Shown: positions 1 to 10,198 of the stretch, one piece after another | How the letters are laid out: each line of letters starts with the position of its first letter | How positions within the stretch are numbered: position 1 is the stretch's first letter | Sequence record: SRR20825006_1817 | Reading direction: 5' to 3' (one strand) | Length of the DNA: 43,755 nt | Position numbers and translations under genes: made by a program | Notes under the pieces: generated by a model | Seen by the model: the letters and a program-made list of their open reading frames with translations, nothing else | Database searches by the model: none | Told to the model about the DNA's origin: nothing

Positions 1-174
1 TTTTTTGCTTTCCGTGTTTTTAACGGGAACGTCCTTAAGATTAAGGTGTTAAAACATTGATATTTAAATACTTATAAATTGGATGTGGTTTCTGCCACTA
101 CATCAGGGGTCGTTTATGCCGGAAAATAACGAATTGTCAAACGAACGATGTCTTCGACCACCTGCTCAAGGACT

Positions 175-624
175 TCAGGACAGGTCGATTCCCTTAAGGG
201 AAATGACCATTCCGTTCTTTTCCATCTCCTCAGCGAGAACGGAAATGGACTTATCCTTGAAATTACGAAGGATTTCTTCCTTGAACGGAGAAACGATGTG
301 GTGAACCGGACAGGGGTTTTCGTTGTTGCATTTGGAAAGACCCAAGAAGCAGTCATCAAATTTGTATTCACCATCTATGCTGGTAACCACCTCCCAAAGC
401 GCATTTTCCCGATTGCTCTGGTCCAAATAAAAGCCTCCTCCCGGACCCTTACTTGAAGAAACCAATTTGTTCGTGGTCAATTTCCGGAGCAGTTGTGCCA
501 AAAAAGGTTGGGGGACTTCGAGCTCCCCTGCAATTTCCTTTGCCCTTAATTTTTTGTCAACAGAACTGTGGATAGCTAGATAAACTATGGCGCGAATGGC
601 ATATTTACAGGCATTTGAAAGCAT
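175..624 (-). CDS. Rrf2 family Fe-S transcriptional regulator (paralog 1)
   Basis: MLSNACKYAIRA start, wHTH with SSKGPGGGF wing, C-x5-C-x5-C-x2-H (CFLGLSKCNNENPCPVH). Confidence 0.93.
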   Translation of the reverse strand: MLSNACKYAIRAIVYLAIHSSVDKKLRAKEIAGELEVPQPFLAQLLRKLTTNKLVSSSKGPGGGFYLDQSNRENALWEVVTSIDGEYKFDDCFLGLSKCNNENPCPVHHIVSPFKEEILRNFKDKSISVLAEEMEKNGMVISLKGIDLS

Positions 625-647
625 TTGTTTCTTATGTTGGATGCGGT

Positions 648-655
648 CAAAGATA
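648..655 (-). promoter_or_regulatory. Bacteroidota -7 promoter element (TATCTTTG) for Rrf2 paralog 1
   Basis: Exact TAnnTTTG on the minus strand about 24 nt upstream of the ATG. Confidence 0.65.
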
Positions 656-659
656 ATAA

Positions 660-677
660 AAAGATAATTTTATCTTT
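660..677. promoter_or_regulatory. Putative Rrf2 operator, 7-4-7 palindrome AAAGATA-ATTT-TATCTTT
   Basis: Perfect arms; four related copies elsewhere in the window. Confidence 0.7.
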
Positions 678-681
678 CATT

Positions 682-725
682 ATGATTTTTATCATTTTTT
701 TCCTTTGGTGAGACCGCTAGTTTCG
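682..725 (+). promoter_or_regulatory. Fnr-like box ATGAT-TTTT-ATCAT + 22 bp + TAGTTTCG (-7 element), nadA promoter
   Basis: Same architecture recurs at four other promoters. Confidence 0.65.
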
Positions 726-803
726 ACCCGCAAAATTTCCGCAAATACATCCCGGAAACACAAAGGTTGGTAAATACCGTGCGAAAAATGAAACAACTAT
801 ACT

Positions 804-1769
804 ATGAAATTTGGACGACCTGGTGATTTTATTGCTCCCGAAATCGACCTTTATCATGAGATCATGGGGCTCAAAAAGGAAAAAAATGCGGTTATTCTTT
901 CCCATTACTATCAACGTCCAGAAATCCAAGAAGTTGCTGATTTTATTGGTGATAGCTTGGCCCTTGCACAGGCTGCTGCCAATACCGATGCAGATATCAT
1001 TGTATTTGCCGGAGTACATTTTATGGCAGAAACGGCCAAGATCTTAAATCCGACAAAAAAGGTGTTATTGCCAGACCTGAACGCAGGTTGTTCGTTGGCC
1101 GATTCCTGTCCGGTAGCGGATTTTGAACCCTTTGTGAAGGCCTATCCAGAACACTTTGTAGTGACCTATATCAACTGCTCGGCCGAAATCAAGGCCTTGA
1201 GTGATTATGTATGCACCTCGTCCAATGCCCTAAAAATCATATCGGATATCCCTAAAACCGCTCCCATCATTTTTGCACCGGACAAAAATTTGGGAAGCTA
1301 TCTGATTAGGGAAACGGGTAGGGACATGTTGCTTTGGGATGGGAGTTGTCTTGTCCATGAAGCTTTTTGTATCGATAAATTGCTGGATCTATGCCAGAAA
1401 CATCCTGATGCCACTATCATCGCCCATCCTGAATCTGAGGAACATATTTTAAAGATAGCAAATTATATAGGTTCCACTTCGGCCCTGATCGCTTATGTAA
1501 AGTGCCATCCCGATAAAAAATACATTGTAGCCACGGAGGTCGGTATCCTTCATGAAATGCAAAAGGAAGTACCGGACACCATACTGATTCCAGCTCCAGC
1601 TGTAGAAGATAACAGTTGTGCCTGCAGTGAATGTGCTTTCATGAAGACAAATACCCTTCAAAAAACATATCGCTGTCTGAAGGATGGAACCCCTGAAATA
1701 GAAGTGCCAAAAGCCATTGCGGAAAAAGCATGGACTCCCATTGAGCGAATGTTGAAACTTTCCAAATAG
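804..1769 (+). CDS. nadA: Quinolinate synthase
   Basis: [41 protein letters not shown] motifs. Confidence 0.97.
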   Translation: MKFGRPGDFIAPEIDLYHEIMGLKKEKNAVILSHYYQRPEIQEVADFIGDSLALAQAAANTDADIIVFAGVHFMAETAKILNPTKKVLLPDLNAGCSLADSCPVADFEPFVKAYPEHFVVTYINCSAEIKALSDYVCTSSNALKIISDIPKTAPIIFAPDKNLGSYLIRETGRDMLLWDGSCLVHEAFCIDKLLDLCQKHPDATIIAHPESEEHILKIANYIGSTSALIAYVKCHPDKKYIVATEVGILHEMQKEVPDTILIPAPAVEDNSCACSECAFMKTNTLQKTYRCLKDGTPEIEVPKAIAEKAWTPIERMLKLSK

Positions 1770-1776
1770 GTTAGAA

Positions 1777-3345
1777 ATGGTTACATTGGATTACCTTGTG
1801 ATCGGGTCGGGAATTGCCGGACTTTCCTTTGCCCTAAAGATGGCACATAATTTTCCAGAACGGACCATCTTTCTGGTTTCCAAAGCTGACGAAGATGAAT
1901 CCAATACCAAATATGCACAAGGTGGGGTGGCATCGGTTTTCGATTTGGACCAAGACTCGTATCAAAAACATATAGCCGACACCTTGATCGCCGGTGATGG
2001 ACTTTGTGATTCGGCCATTGTGGAAATGGTTGTCATGGATGGCCCAAAACGGGTCAGGGAACTGTTGTCCTGGGGCGTACGATTTGATAAGGGCAAGAAT
2101 GGGCAGTTGACATTGGGTCGTGAAGGAGGGCATTCCGTACACCGGATTATACACCACAAGGACAGTACAGGACTAGAGATCGAACGAGCTCTTCTGGAAA
2201 GGGTGCGTAGGCAATCCAACATCACAATATTCCAACACCATTTTGCCATTGATCTCATAACAGAACACCAAATCCATGGCACAAAGCCGACCGTACTGAG
2301 CTGTTTTGGAGCCTATATCCTAGACCAAAACACCGGTATTGTGGAAACTTTCCGGGCAAGGAACACCATCTTGGCCACTGGAGGAATGGGCATGGTCTAT
2401 GGTCATACAACAAACCCGGCCATCGCGACCGGTGATGGCATTGCCATGGCGTATAGAGCGGGGGCGCGGATCCAAGATATGGAGTTTGTCCAATTCCACC
2501 CCACAGTGCTATACGATGGTAAGCCAGGTCAGTCATTTTTGATCTCCGAGGCCGTGAGGGGGGGTGGGGCTTATTTAAGGAACAAAAGAGGGCATAGATT
2601 TATGCCCGACTACGACTCCAGAGCTGAGCTTGCACCTCGTGATATTGTTTCCCGAAGTATTAACCAAGAACTGAAAAAGTCTGGTGATCCTTGCGCTTTT
2701 CTCGACTGTACTCACCTTGACCCTGAAGCTTTTAAGACACATTTCCCCAATATTTATGACGAATGCCGGGCTAGAAATATTCCCATTGAAACTGATTGGA
2801 TTCCCATCGTGCCAGCGGCACATTACCTATGTGGCGGAATTGTAGTGGATCCACAGGGAAGGACAACCATAAACAATCTATTCGCATGCGGGGAATGCTC
2901 ACGGACAGGTTTACACGGGGCGAACAGGTTGGCCTCCAATTCTTTATTGGAGGCCTTGGTCTATGCCCATAATATTTTTGAATATTTGGAACATCAGGAA
3001 GCCCTCCCAGAATCAATTGCCATACCCCAATGGGAGGATACGGGGTCACGGGATGCCGGGAAAAATACATTTATCAAACACAATAGGGGCCGTTTACAGG
3101 CCCTGATGCAGGATCATGTGGGAATCGTACGTAGTACCGACCATTTGAATAAGGCCATGGACCTCCTGGATATGATCTATACTGAAGCTGAGGAACATTA
3201 TCGGACCAAGAAAGTTAATGTAGGGATTTGTGAATTGCGGAATATGATCAATGTAGCACACCTGATCATTGGTCAGTGTTTGAAAAGAAAGGAAAATCTA
3301 GGTGGCTTCTATAACATTGATCTCAAACCTTATCCTAACGATTAA
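1777..3345 (+). CDS. nadB: L-aspartate oxidase
   Basis: GSGIAG FAD motif, AQGG, REGGHS, QFHPT, LHGANRLASNSLLE; directly follows nadA. Confidence 0.97.
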   Translation: MVTLDYLVIGSGIAGLSFALKMAHNFPERTIFLVSKADEDESNTKYAQGGVASVFDLDQDSYQKHIADTLIAGDGLCDSAIVEMVVMDGPKRVRELLSWGVRFDKGKNGQLTLGREGGHSVHRIIHHKDSTGLEIERALLERVRRQSNITIFQHHFAIDLITEHQIHGTKPTVLSCFGAYILDQNTGIVETFRARNTILATGGMGMVYGHTTNPAIATGDGIAMAYRAGARIQDMEFVQFHPTVLYDGKPGQSFLISEAVRGGGAYLRNKRGHRFMPDYDSRAELAPRDIVSRSINQELKKSGDPCAFLDCTHLDPEAFKTHFPNIYDECRARNIPIETDWIPIVPAAHYLCGGIVVDPQGRTTINNLFACGECSRTGLHGANRLASNSLLEALVYAHNIFEYLEHQEALPESIAIPQWEDTGSRDAGKNTFIKHNRGRLQALMQDHVGIVRSTDHLNKAMDLLDMIYTEAEEHYRTKKVNVGICELRNMINVAHLIIGQCLKRKENLGGFYNIDLKPYPND

Positions 3346-3366
3346 ACCATTAAATATTAAAATCCA

Positions 3367-3975
3367 ATGAAAGAATATGTACATAAAATGATTCAAGACG
3401 GAATCCGTAGGGGGATGGACTATACCGGCTTTATCTCAATGGTCAACGGCCTCGTCGCTAATGGAGAAACGACAGGGCCCGTGCAAAGCCAAGAAAGGAT
3501 TGCCAATACCAAATTAAATGCACATAGATTGCGAAGAATCGAAAAAACAATCACCATTCCAGATGAAAGACTTGTTGTGTTCCAAGAGCTCCCGGAAAAG
3601 CAGGTTTGGCTGGTATTGCTGGAAAGTTGGTGCTCGGATGGGGCACAGGCCGTACCACTGCTTCATAGGATTGCCGAGGCATCCCCGAAAATTGAACTGC
3701 GATTGGTGTTAAGGGATGAAAATCCACGGCTCATGGACTGTTTTTTGACCAACGGGACCCGTTCCATTCCCAAGCTGATTATCACCAATGGTGCCGGAAC
3801 GGTAATTCATGAATGGGGACCAAGGCCGAAAACGGCTTCCAAAATGGTAGCGGAATATAAAAAACGAAATGGAAAGGTGGACGACAGTCTCAAAAAGGAG
3901 CTACAGATTTGGTATAATAAAGATAGGGGCAATACCATGTTGGATGAACTTGTAGAAATGGTTCGGCCCCATTGA
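3367..3975 (+). CDS. Thioredoxin-fold protein (single-Cys WCSD)
   Basis: ESWCSD, LTNGTRSIPKLI, WGPRP motifs typical of Bacteroidota Thioredoxin_9-type proteins. Confidence 0.85.
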   Translation: MKEYVHKMIQDGIRRGMDYTGFISMVNGLVANGETTGPVQSQERIANTKLNAHRLRRIEKTITIPDERLVVFQELPEKQVWLVLLESWCSDGAQAVPLLHRIAEASPKIELRLVLRDENPRLMDCFLTNGTRSIPKLIITNGAGTVIHEWGPRPKTASKMVAEYKKRNGKVDDSLKKELQIWYNKDRGNTMLDELVEMVRPH

Positions 3976-4093
3976 TATGGTTTTCTTCATGTAGGAAAAT
4001 ATAATATCCATCCCTCCTTGAAAGGGAGACGTAAAGTTTCGTTCAGATCGTGTCCATGGAGCAAAATGGCCATGTGATGGTGAGGTGGTGCTC

Positions 4094-5902
4094 CTATTTG
4101 GCGTTGATGATTTTTAAACTATGGATCTCACCTGAGAGCTTGTCCAGAACGGTTTTGGAACCATCCAAGACCCTTACCATTTGGGAGTTGTCCAAAAAGG
4201 CCTTGCCGATAGTTTTCAGTAGGGTTTGATAGTAGGAAATCCCCTCGTATAAGTTGTTGGTGTATGTGGTTAGATATGCCAATTGCCTTGGGGTTGTGGA
4301 ACCTCTGGCTTCTTCGATCTTGATTTTGAGATAATCAATATAAATGCCAAGCTCCTTGATGAACATATTCGGTCGATCCAACCTCTCGATCAAATTGGAT
4401 ACGCCATAGATATGTTCTGTCATTTCCCTGAGCCCGACAATCTTGGAGAAGTAGGCCATATTGGGACCGGGGCAAACGGAAACTCCTTTTCCTTCCTTCT
4501 TGGTATCCAAACCATATTTTAACAGGGCTGCGGTTCCCAAGCCCACACAGGCACAGGATTTCTCTACAATTTTTTCAAAGGCCTCCTGGCGTATAGGGGC
4601 AGGAAGACCCAAGTTGTCCAACTCTTTTAATTTGAGGTGCTGGTATTGACGTGAGGCCGTGCAAAGGCCTTCATTGGTAAACTCCTTGTTTAGGGCCACA
4701 TATTTTTTGGGACAGGGACTTCCCGGTCTTCCTTTTGTAATTCGGGCCATTTTTTCCAAGTCCTTGGTATTTCCTTTTAAGCTATTGAAGGGAACCCCCA
4801 AGGGCGAAATGTTGCTCAAATAAAGATCGTTCTCTTTGGCCTTGGATAGTTTTGCCATCGTCAGGTTATCCACTGTAGTTACTTCGGGAACCAATAGAAA
4901 AGGGGTTCCCCAGCCTACGGAATCCAGTTTGTAGTGCTCCAATAGGAATTGATGCTCTTCCGCGGTACCCACCCCACCCTGGGCCGAAATCTTTACTTGC
5001 AAGGGAGACTGGGGTGCATTCCGGTTTTTTTCTGATAAGGCCCGCACCAGTATAGAATGGGTTTCCGCCACTAAAGTTTGTTTTCGGTCACGGAACTGTG
5101 CCAATATAGGTCCTAAGAGATGTCCTTCCGTGGCAAAGGCATGTCCGCCACAATTCAGTCCCGACTCCACGCGATACTCTGATACCCAAAGCCCTTTTTT
5201 TGCCAGGAATTTTCCCTGTATCAATGCCGATCTATAATCACTCACCTTGAGAGTTATTTTCTTTTTAATGCACCCTTTTTCATCAGGAAAAAAATCTTCA
5301 AATTCTTCTAGGTACCCATATAATCTTGGGTTCATTCCCGCAGAAAAGACCACGGACGAGTTCAAGTTGCTTTTGGCGAAACCCCTAAGTGCGGCATGGG
5401 CATCATTGTAAGTATGGCCTAAGGGCACTTTTTTACGATAATTCTCCCTATCCAATTTGGTCATGATGTTCACTTCGATGTTTCCCATGGAAAGGTTGGT
5501 GTCAATAAGACGTTTGAGTGAATTCACATCATAAGCACCGAGTTCCCATGCTTTGAACCGTTTCTTCAGGGAGGAGCTGTTGGGCAACATATCCAAATAT
5601 TGCTTTAACCCCTCACTCATTCCATGGGTGATATCTTTTATCTGTTCGAATTTCTTTTCTGACTGTTCTTTGATGAGATCGAGATAGGATTTGATTCTCT
5701 TTGCCCGAAAATCATGCATGTTTTCACTGATCTCGTGATAGGGTATTTCAAAACGTTCGCAATACATCTTTCTCATTTTTTCCAATAGAATATCATCCAC
5801 CAGTGAAATGGACGAGTCTATGCCAAAAGGTGCAACTTTCAGTGGGGTATCTATCGTAAATGCAATTCCCATTACTGGTATATGGAAGGAATGTACTGTC
5901 AT
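4094..5902 (-). CDS. Uncharacterised 602-aa protein, probable FMN TIM-barrel (nitronate monooxygenase/FabK-like) with Cys-rich C-terminal region
   Basis: Long intact ORF; ESGLNCGGH, AQGGVG, GWGTPFL resemble NMO/FabK motifs; several spaced Cys. Confidence 0.6.
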   Translation of the reverse strand: MTVHSFHIPVMGIAFTIDTPLKVAPFGIDSSISLVDDILLEKMRKMYCERFEIPYHEISENMHDFRAKRIKSYLDLIKEQSEKKFEQIKDITHGMSEGLKQYLDMLPNSSSLKKRFKAWELGAYDVNSLKRLIDTNLSMGNIEVNIMTKLDRENYRKKVPLGHTYNDAHAALRGFAKSNLNSSVVFSAGMNPRLYGYLEEFEDFFPDEKGCIKKKITLKVSDYRSALIQGKFLAKKGLWVSEYRVESGLNCGGHAFATEGHLLGPILAQFRDRKQTLVAETHSILVRALSEKNRNAPQSPLQVKISAQGGVGTAEEHQFLLEHYKLDSVGWGTPFLLVPEVTTVDNLTMAKLSKAKENDLYLSNISPLGVPFNSLKGNTKDLEKMARITKGRPGSPCPKKYVALNKEFTNEGLCTASRQYQHLKLKELDNLGLPAPIRQEAFEKIVEKSCACVGLGTAALLKYGLDTKKEGKGVSVCPGPNMAYFSKIVGLREMTEHIYGVSNLIERLDRPNMFIKELGIYIDYLKIKIEEARGSTTPRQLAYLTTYTNNLYEGISYYQTLLKTIGKAFLDNSQMVRVLDGSKTVLDKLSGEIHSLKIINAK

Positions 5903-6025
5903 AAGTTGAATTTATATGGTGGGCTTGTTCGCCCGGTTTGATAACCTGTATGGATCATTTAATATGATGAATAGAGCAGAAATGGCTCATCGGAATCTTT
6001 GTGGAAAGAATGTGTTGAGCCACTA

Positions 6026-6046
6026 TGAAAAAGGGACACTTTTTCA
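6026..6046. terminator. Hairpin TGAAAAAG-GGACA-CTTTTTCA downstream of nrdD
   Basis: 8-bp perfect inverted repeat 15 nt after the nrdD stop; AT-rich stem. Confidence 0.35.
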
Positions 6047-6060
6047 GTGTTAAAAAATGA

Positions 6061-7926
6061 TCAGATTCTCATTGCTTTTTGGTCTTTATTGCTTTTTTGA
6101 TTTTCCGAAAGGATTTTGGTCCTTTTTTCCATCAATCTTTGTCTGTCATCCTGTTGCAGATGGTAATGACGCAGACCATGTTCCCTTTGCCTTCCGGAAC
6201 TGAAATTGGAAACCCGTTTGAGGTAACCGATGACCCGGGTGGCATGGTCCACATTGTGTGAATGGCATGAACTGCACTCCCAAAGGGTCCGTTTATCGAT
6301 ATGGGAGCAATCATTGCATATGGTAATTCGTATGTTAAAGCAAAAATAGTTGCAACCAGCCCTGGCCGTGGCATGGATCAATTTCTTGAACCCGTCTTGG
6401 TTGGGGGTCTCCTCAAGGTTGAGATGAAGGGCCGATCCCCCATCCAAATATTGGATGGTCTCCTTGCCGTGCAACATGATCTTGTCCAAGGCATTGGTAC
6501 GCTGATCCTCTACCACATAGAAGTAGGAGTTGTAACAGTCCCGCGGAACAAAGAGGCCATCCTCCCGGTCCCATTTGGCATTTTTCACCCCCAAATTTTC
6601 GGCAGGGACAAACTCGGTGTTGAACATATAGCCATACGTTTCCCGTGCCTCTCGGTTTTCCGAATAGATGGCCTTGAGATAGCGATTCACGAAATCTTTG
6701 TAAACCGTATTGTTGCCTACCTGTATGCCCTGGCTTTCCGCCGCCTCGACCATACCATTGATGCCCACGGTAAGGAATTGCTTGTCCAAGGAAATCAATC
6801 CTGCATTGTAAACAGGTAACATGCCCGCTTTTTCATAGTCATCGATAAGCAATCTGAAAGCGACCTGGTACTTATGGATTTTTTGTACCTCGTTGGCAAT
6901 ATCCGCCCCTTTCTGAACCAGGCGGTTCATGTTCAATGTGATCACATTGATGGAACCTGTGGCAACACCACCGGCCCCAAGGGAATAACTAAAGGTGTGG
7001 TCACTTATCTCATTTCGTAAACGACAACAGGACGCCAGACTATCGGCGTTTTCGGATTGATAGATGAAAAAGGAGTTTCCCTTACCTAGTTCATGGGCGC
7101 ACATATCGGTGAATTCTGTATCAACGGGTGCCCCATCCTTGATCAACATGGCGGCAGTTACCACAGGGAAGGTAAGGATGGCCTTGGTACGCTCTTGGTT
7201 GAACCAATCCATAAAGAAAGATTGTAATCTTTTTACACTCTCCCAATCTGGCCTACCCAAGTCGGGAAAGACAAAATCCCCGAACATATTGTCGAAATAC
7301 GGCTTGTCATAAATGGAAATGTTCCAGAATACAGACTGGTACCCTCTTGCAGCGGCAGGCTGGTTGATGGCATATACGACATGCTGCAAATGGTTGGCAA
7401 TGATTTTTTTATGGGTGTCCAGATAGTCAGGCCCATAATCCTTGGAGGCAAAATGATCAAAGTACATCAAAAACTCCACCGTGGCCAATGCCCCTGCAAA
7501 TTGGGAACTGACCGCAAAGACCAAATTGACAAATTCCCCACAAAAGCTCTCCAAGTGCTTTGGGGCCTGGCTTTCACCGCCCAATTTGGTCAATCCATCC
7601 AACAGAAAGGGGTACATACTGATTGAGGCACAATACGGTTTTAGGGAGGTCTCATCATGGACATAGATTTCATGGGACTCTATTTGCCTTACATACTCAT
7701 TGGCCAAATCGTTCCCGAACAAGGACGCGATCTTTTGTTGGACCAGGGCCCTGTTCACTTGGATGTTGATATCCTTGTTGAGTTCGGCCTCCATGGTGGC
7801 AATGTTCTTGGAGGTGACATTGGCATTGGCATCGACTTTGGACCCATCCGCCGCATTGTCGGAATGTAGGTAGTGGTCAATGAATGCAATTTTTTTGGCA
7901 ATCTGATTTTCGGTCAGGCGTATCAT
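6061..7926 (-). CDS. nrdD: Anaerobic (class III) ribonucleoside-triphosphate reductase
   Basis: YVHD, SCCRL, GSINVITLN, CNDC/CSSC Zn site, glycyl-radical loop TRVIGYL. Confidence 0.95.
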   Translation of the reverse strand: MIRLTENQIAKKIAFIDHYLHSDNAADGSKVDANANVTSKNIATMEAELNKDINIQVNRALVQQKIASLFGNDLANEYVRQIESHEIYVHDETSLKPYCASISMYPFLLDGLTKLGGESQAPKHLESFCGEFVNLVFAVSSQFAGALATVEFLMYFDHFASKDYGPDYLDTHKKIIANHLQHVVYAINQPAAARGYQSVFWNISIYDKPYFDNMFGDFVFPDLGRPDWESVKRLQSFFMDWFNQERTKAILTFPVVTAAMLIKDGAPVDTEFTDMCAHELGKGNSFFIYQSENADSLASCCRLRNEISDHTFSYSLGAGGVATGSINVITLNMNRLVQKGADIANEVQKIHKYQVAFRLLIDDYEKAGMLPVYNAGLISLDKQFLTVGINGMVEAAESQGIQVGNNTVYKDFVNRYLKAIYSENREARETYGYMFNTEFVPAENLGVKNAKWDREDGLFVPRDCYNSYFYVVEDQRTNALDKIMLHGKETIQYLDGGSALHLNLEETPNQDGFKKLIHATARAGCNYFCFNIRITICNDCSHIDKRTLWECSSCHSHNVDHATRVIGYLKRVSNFSSGRQREHGLRHYHLQQDDRQRLMEKRTKILSENQKSNKDQKAMRI

Positions 7927-7934
7927 ATTGAAAA

Positions 7935-8384
7935 TTATTTAGGGTTGAATAAATGGTTCAGTGATGTGTTGGTGGCAACTTCCCGGAACACTTGGTTCGT
8001 GGCCTTGTGGTCAAGGCCTCCAAGTTTTTGGTTCCACTTACCGGTCTTTATAAAGGTCAAATGCTCAAGTAATGAAGAGGGTACCTGGTCCAATCCAGTA
8101 TAAAGACAAGTTTTATAGCCAAGTTTCCTGGCCTGTTTTAAGTGGGACAGCAGTACCTTATGATGCCATTCCCCACCCATAAAAAGTACACAACTTGCAA
8201 GACCCTCATACCGGTCCAAGTGATTTTGGAAAACCCCGGGAGTAAGCTTGTTTCCCTGTCCCTCTTTCCATAGAAATGGGGAATGGCAGCCAATACAGCG
8301 CAATGGACATCCCGAGATGGAAAAGCAGAGACTGATTTCGCCTGGAACTTCTTGAAACACTACTTGAAAGTCATAATAGAACAT
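7935..8384 (-). CDS. nrdG: Class III RNR activating radical SAM protein
   Basis: EVPGEISL, CPLRCIGCHS (CxxxCxxC), MGGEW; adjacent to nrdD. Confidence 0.93.
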   Translation of the reverse strand: MFYYDFQVVFQEVPGEISLCFSISGCPLRCIGCHSPFLWKEGQGNKLTPGVFQNHLDRYEGLASCVLFMGGEWHHKVLLSHLKQARKLGYKTCLYTGLDQVPSSLLEHLTFIKTGKWNQKLGGLDHKATNQVFREVATNTSLNHLFNPK

Positions 8385-8644
8385 ATAGGGTGGGTAAATT
8401 TTGATCCAGTATAAAATTAGACCAAGGTCTTTTTTGATTTTTTCCCTTGGGCAAAAGTTATAAAAGGATTTATTAACAATAAAATGACCTTTTTATCATT
8501 TAAATAAAAAAATGAACCAAAGTTCATAGGAACCGGTCCATTTATTGGATAGTGTAACCATTAGGAATGGAACTTCATAGAGAAATAATCCTTAGGGGAA
8601 TTGTCAAACCCAGTTTAGGAAGGATTTGATTGTCCAATCATCAT

Positions 8645-8926
8645 TTATATGATCTGGAATAGGATGACCAATACGCTGAATGCCACGCTAAGTATCAAAA
8701 TATTAAAAGTGGTTAAAGGTTTTAACTGGGCGAGTACCGCACCATTAAAGGCCATACAAAAGATTATTACAAAAAAGAGCAAGGTCATTTTTAGGATCGT
8801 GTCCATTTCAGACATCAAAAGGACCATTGCCGCAGCCGAACCAAGGCAACTTTGACCAATGATGGCTATGGTTGCATAGCCCATTTGATTTTTTTTAAAC
8901 TCCAAGAATAAATACTTGTGTACCAT
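8645..8926 (-). CDS. Small 3-TM membrane protein (93 aa)
   Basis: Start moved to ATG 8926 to avoid overlap with the upstream gene; three hydrophobic segments, QSCLGS motif. Confidence 0.75.
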   Translation of the reverse strand: MVHKYLFLEFKKNQMGYATIAIIGQSCLGSAAAMVLLMSEMDTILKMTLLFFVIIFCMAFNGAVLAQLKPLTTFNILILSVAFSVLVILFQII

Positions 8927-8948
8927 TTTCAATCTTCCTTCTTTCCGC

Positions 8949-9410
8949 TCAGTTCCAGAATGGGTCATGGGTATTGTCGTTGAATCTTTCATGTTTATGG
9001 TGTTTTTCAATAGTTTCCAGTTGGGCCTTGTTGGCCACTTGCTGGATATGGTTGAACAATTGCCGCTCTTCAAACCGTATATGCGCTTCCAATTCTTCCT
9101 CGATCTGTCCCATTATTCTTATATCAGAGATTGGAGAGGAGAACAACCGTGTCAACCTACGGTGGTCGGTGAGGGCTTTTTTTACCCAAGGATGTTCTTT
9201 TCCAAGGATGGGGAAGATGAAGGTTTCTTCAAGTTCGAAATGATTACACAAGTAGGTATCATAAAACCAATCCATATAGGTCTTGATCCGTTCAGGTTCT
9301 ACCTTTTTTGATAGCCCTGTCCTGATTTTCCAACAGAGGAGCAGGCCATGATGATGTTCACGGCTCACTCCCTGTAGGGCACTATGCCTTTTAATTGGGG
9401 AAGGTGCCAT
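8949..9410 (-). CDS. Hemerythrin-domain protein
   Basis: SREHHHGL, HFELEE, DH, HIRFEER di-iron motifs. Confidence 0.9.
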   Translation of the reverse strand: MAPSPIKRHSALQGVSREHHHGLLLCWKIRTGLSKKVEPERIKTYMDWFYDTYLCNHFELEETFIFPILGKEHPWVKKALTDHRRLTRLFSSPISDIRIMGQIEEELEAHIRFEERQLFNHIQQVANKAQLETIEKHHKHERFNDNTHDPFWN

Positions 9411-9416
9411 TTCTAT

Positions 9417-10145
9417 TTAATTGGAAAGCAGTTTTTTTTCCAAGATTTCTGCTTTTGGGAAAAGAATATTATTTTCCAAATGAATGTGCCGGTGGAGATC
9501 ATCCTCAAATTCCTGCAATAAGGAATATGTCACTCGATAGGTGTTGCAGGCATCCGCTGGGGGTGTGTAATCGTTGCTCAGTGCAGCAATCTTTCGAAAT
9601 CGCTCCCCTTCGTTGTCATGTTCCTGCATCATCATTTGGATGGGATTGCGTACCGTACCAAAGTGGGGTGGGTCTAATGCTTCACGATCGGCGATACCCT
9701 CGACCATTTTACGGATCCAAGGGAAGAGGACGAGTTCCTCTTTTTTCATGTGCATGGCCAGTTCCCCAGATGATTGCCTGAAATGTTCAAATATTTCGAA
9801 CAGCTCTGGATGACGTTCTCCGTGTACCCTGCACAGTTTGTCCAAATATTGATTGAGTATGGGAATGTGCTCTTCCACATAGCGATGGTGCTTCTTTTCA
9901 ATATAATCGACTAACAGATCCAATGGCCAGGATGCTACATCGGGCCGGTCTCCTTGGTCTTTACTTTGTACTTGATCCAATTCTTCCATCAATGTTTCTA
10001 GATCCAAACCTTTTTTGGAAGCGACTTCTGACAGGGTTCGGTTCCCCTTGCAACAGAAGTCTATTTTGTGTGCTTTAAAGACCTGGGCAGTCCTGTAGTC
10101 ATCCGCCACCATTTGCCCAATCGTTTTTTCCATGGTACTGTTCAT
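9417..10145 (-). CDS. ric: Iron-sulfur cluster repair di-iron protein (YtfE/ScdA)
   Basis: IDFCC, HH, HMKKEELVLFP, EHD, HIHLENNILFP. Confidence 0.96.
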   Translation of the reverse strand: MNSTMEKTIGQMVADDYRTAQVFKAHKIDFCCKGNRTLSEVASKKGLDLETLMEELDQVQSKDQGDRPDVASWPLDLLVDYIEKKHHRYVEEHIPILNQYLDKLCRVHGERHPELFEIFEHFRQSSGELAMHMKKEELVLFPWIRKMVEGIADREALDPPHFGTVRNPIQMMMQEHDNEGERFRKIAALSNDYTPPADACNTYRVTYSLLQEFEDDLHRHIHLENNILFPKAEILEKKLLSN

Positions 10146-10161
10146 AGTTTACAATTTTAAT

Positions 10162-10179
10162 TCAGACAAAAATGTCCTT
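10162..10179. promoter_or_regulatory. Putative Rrf2 operator TCAGACA-AAAA-TGTCCTT upstream of ric
   Basis: Matches the 7-4-7 motif family. Confidence 0.65.
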
Positions 10180-10198
10180 TATTAGTATAAATTTTTTT

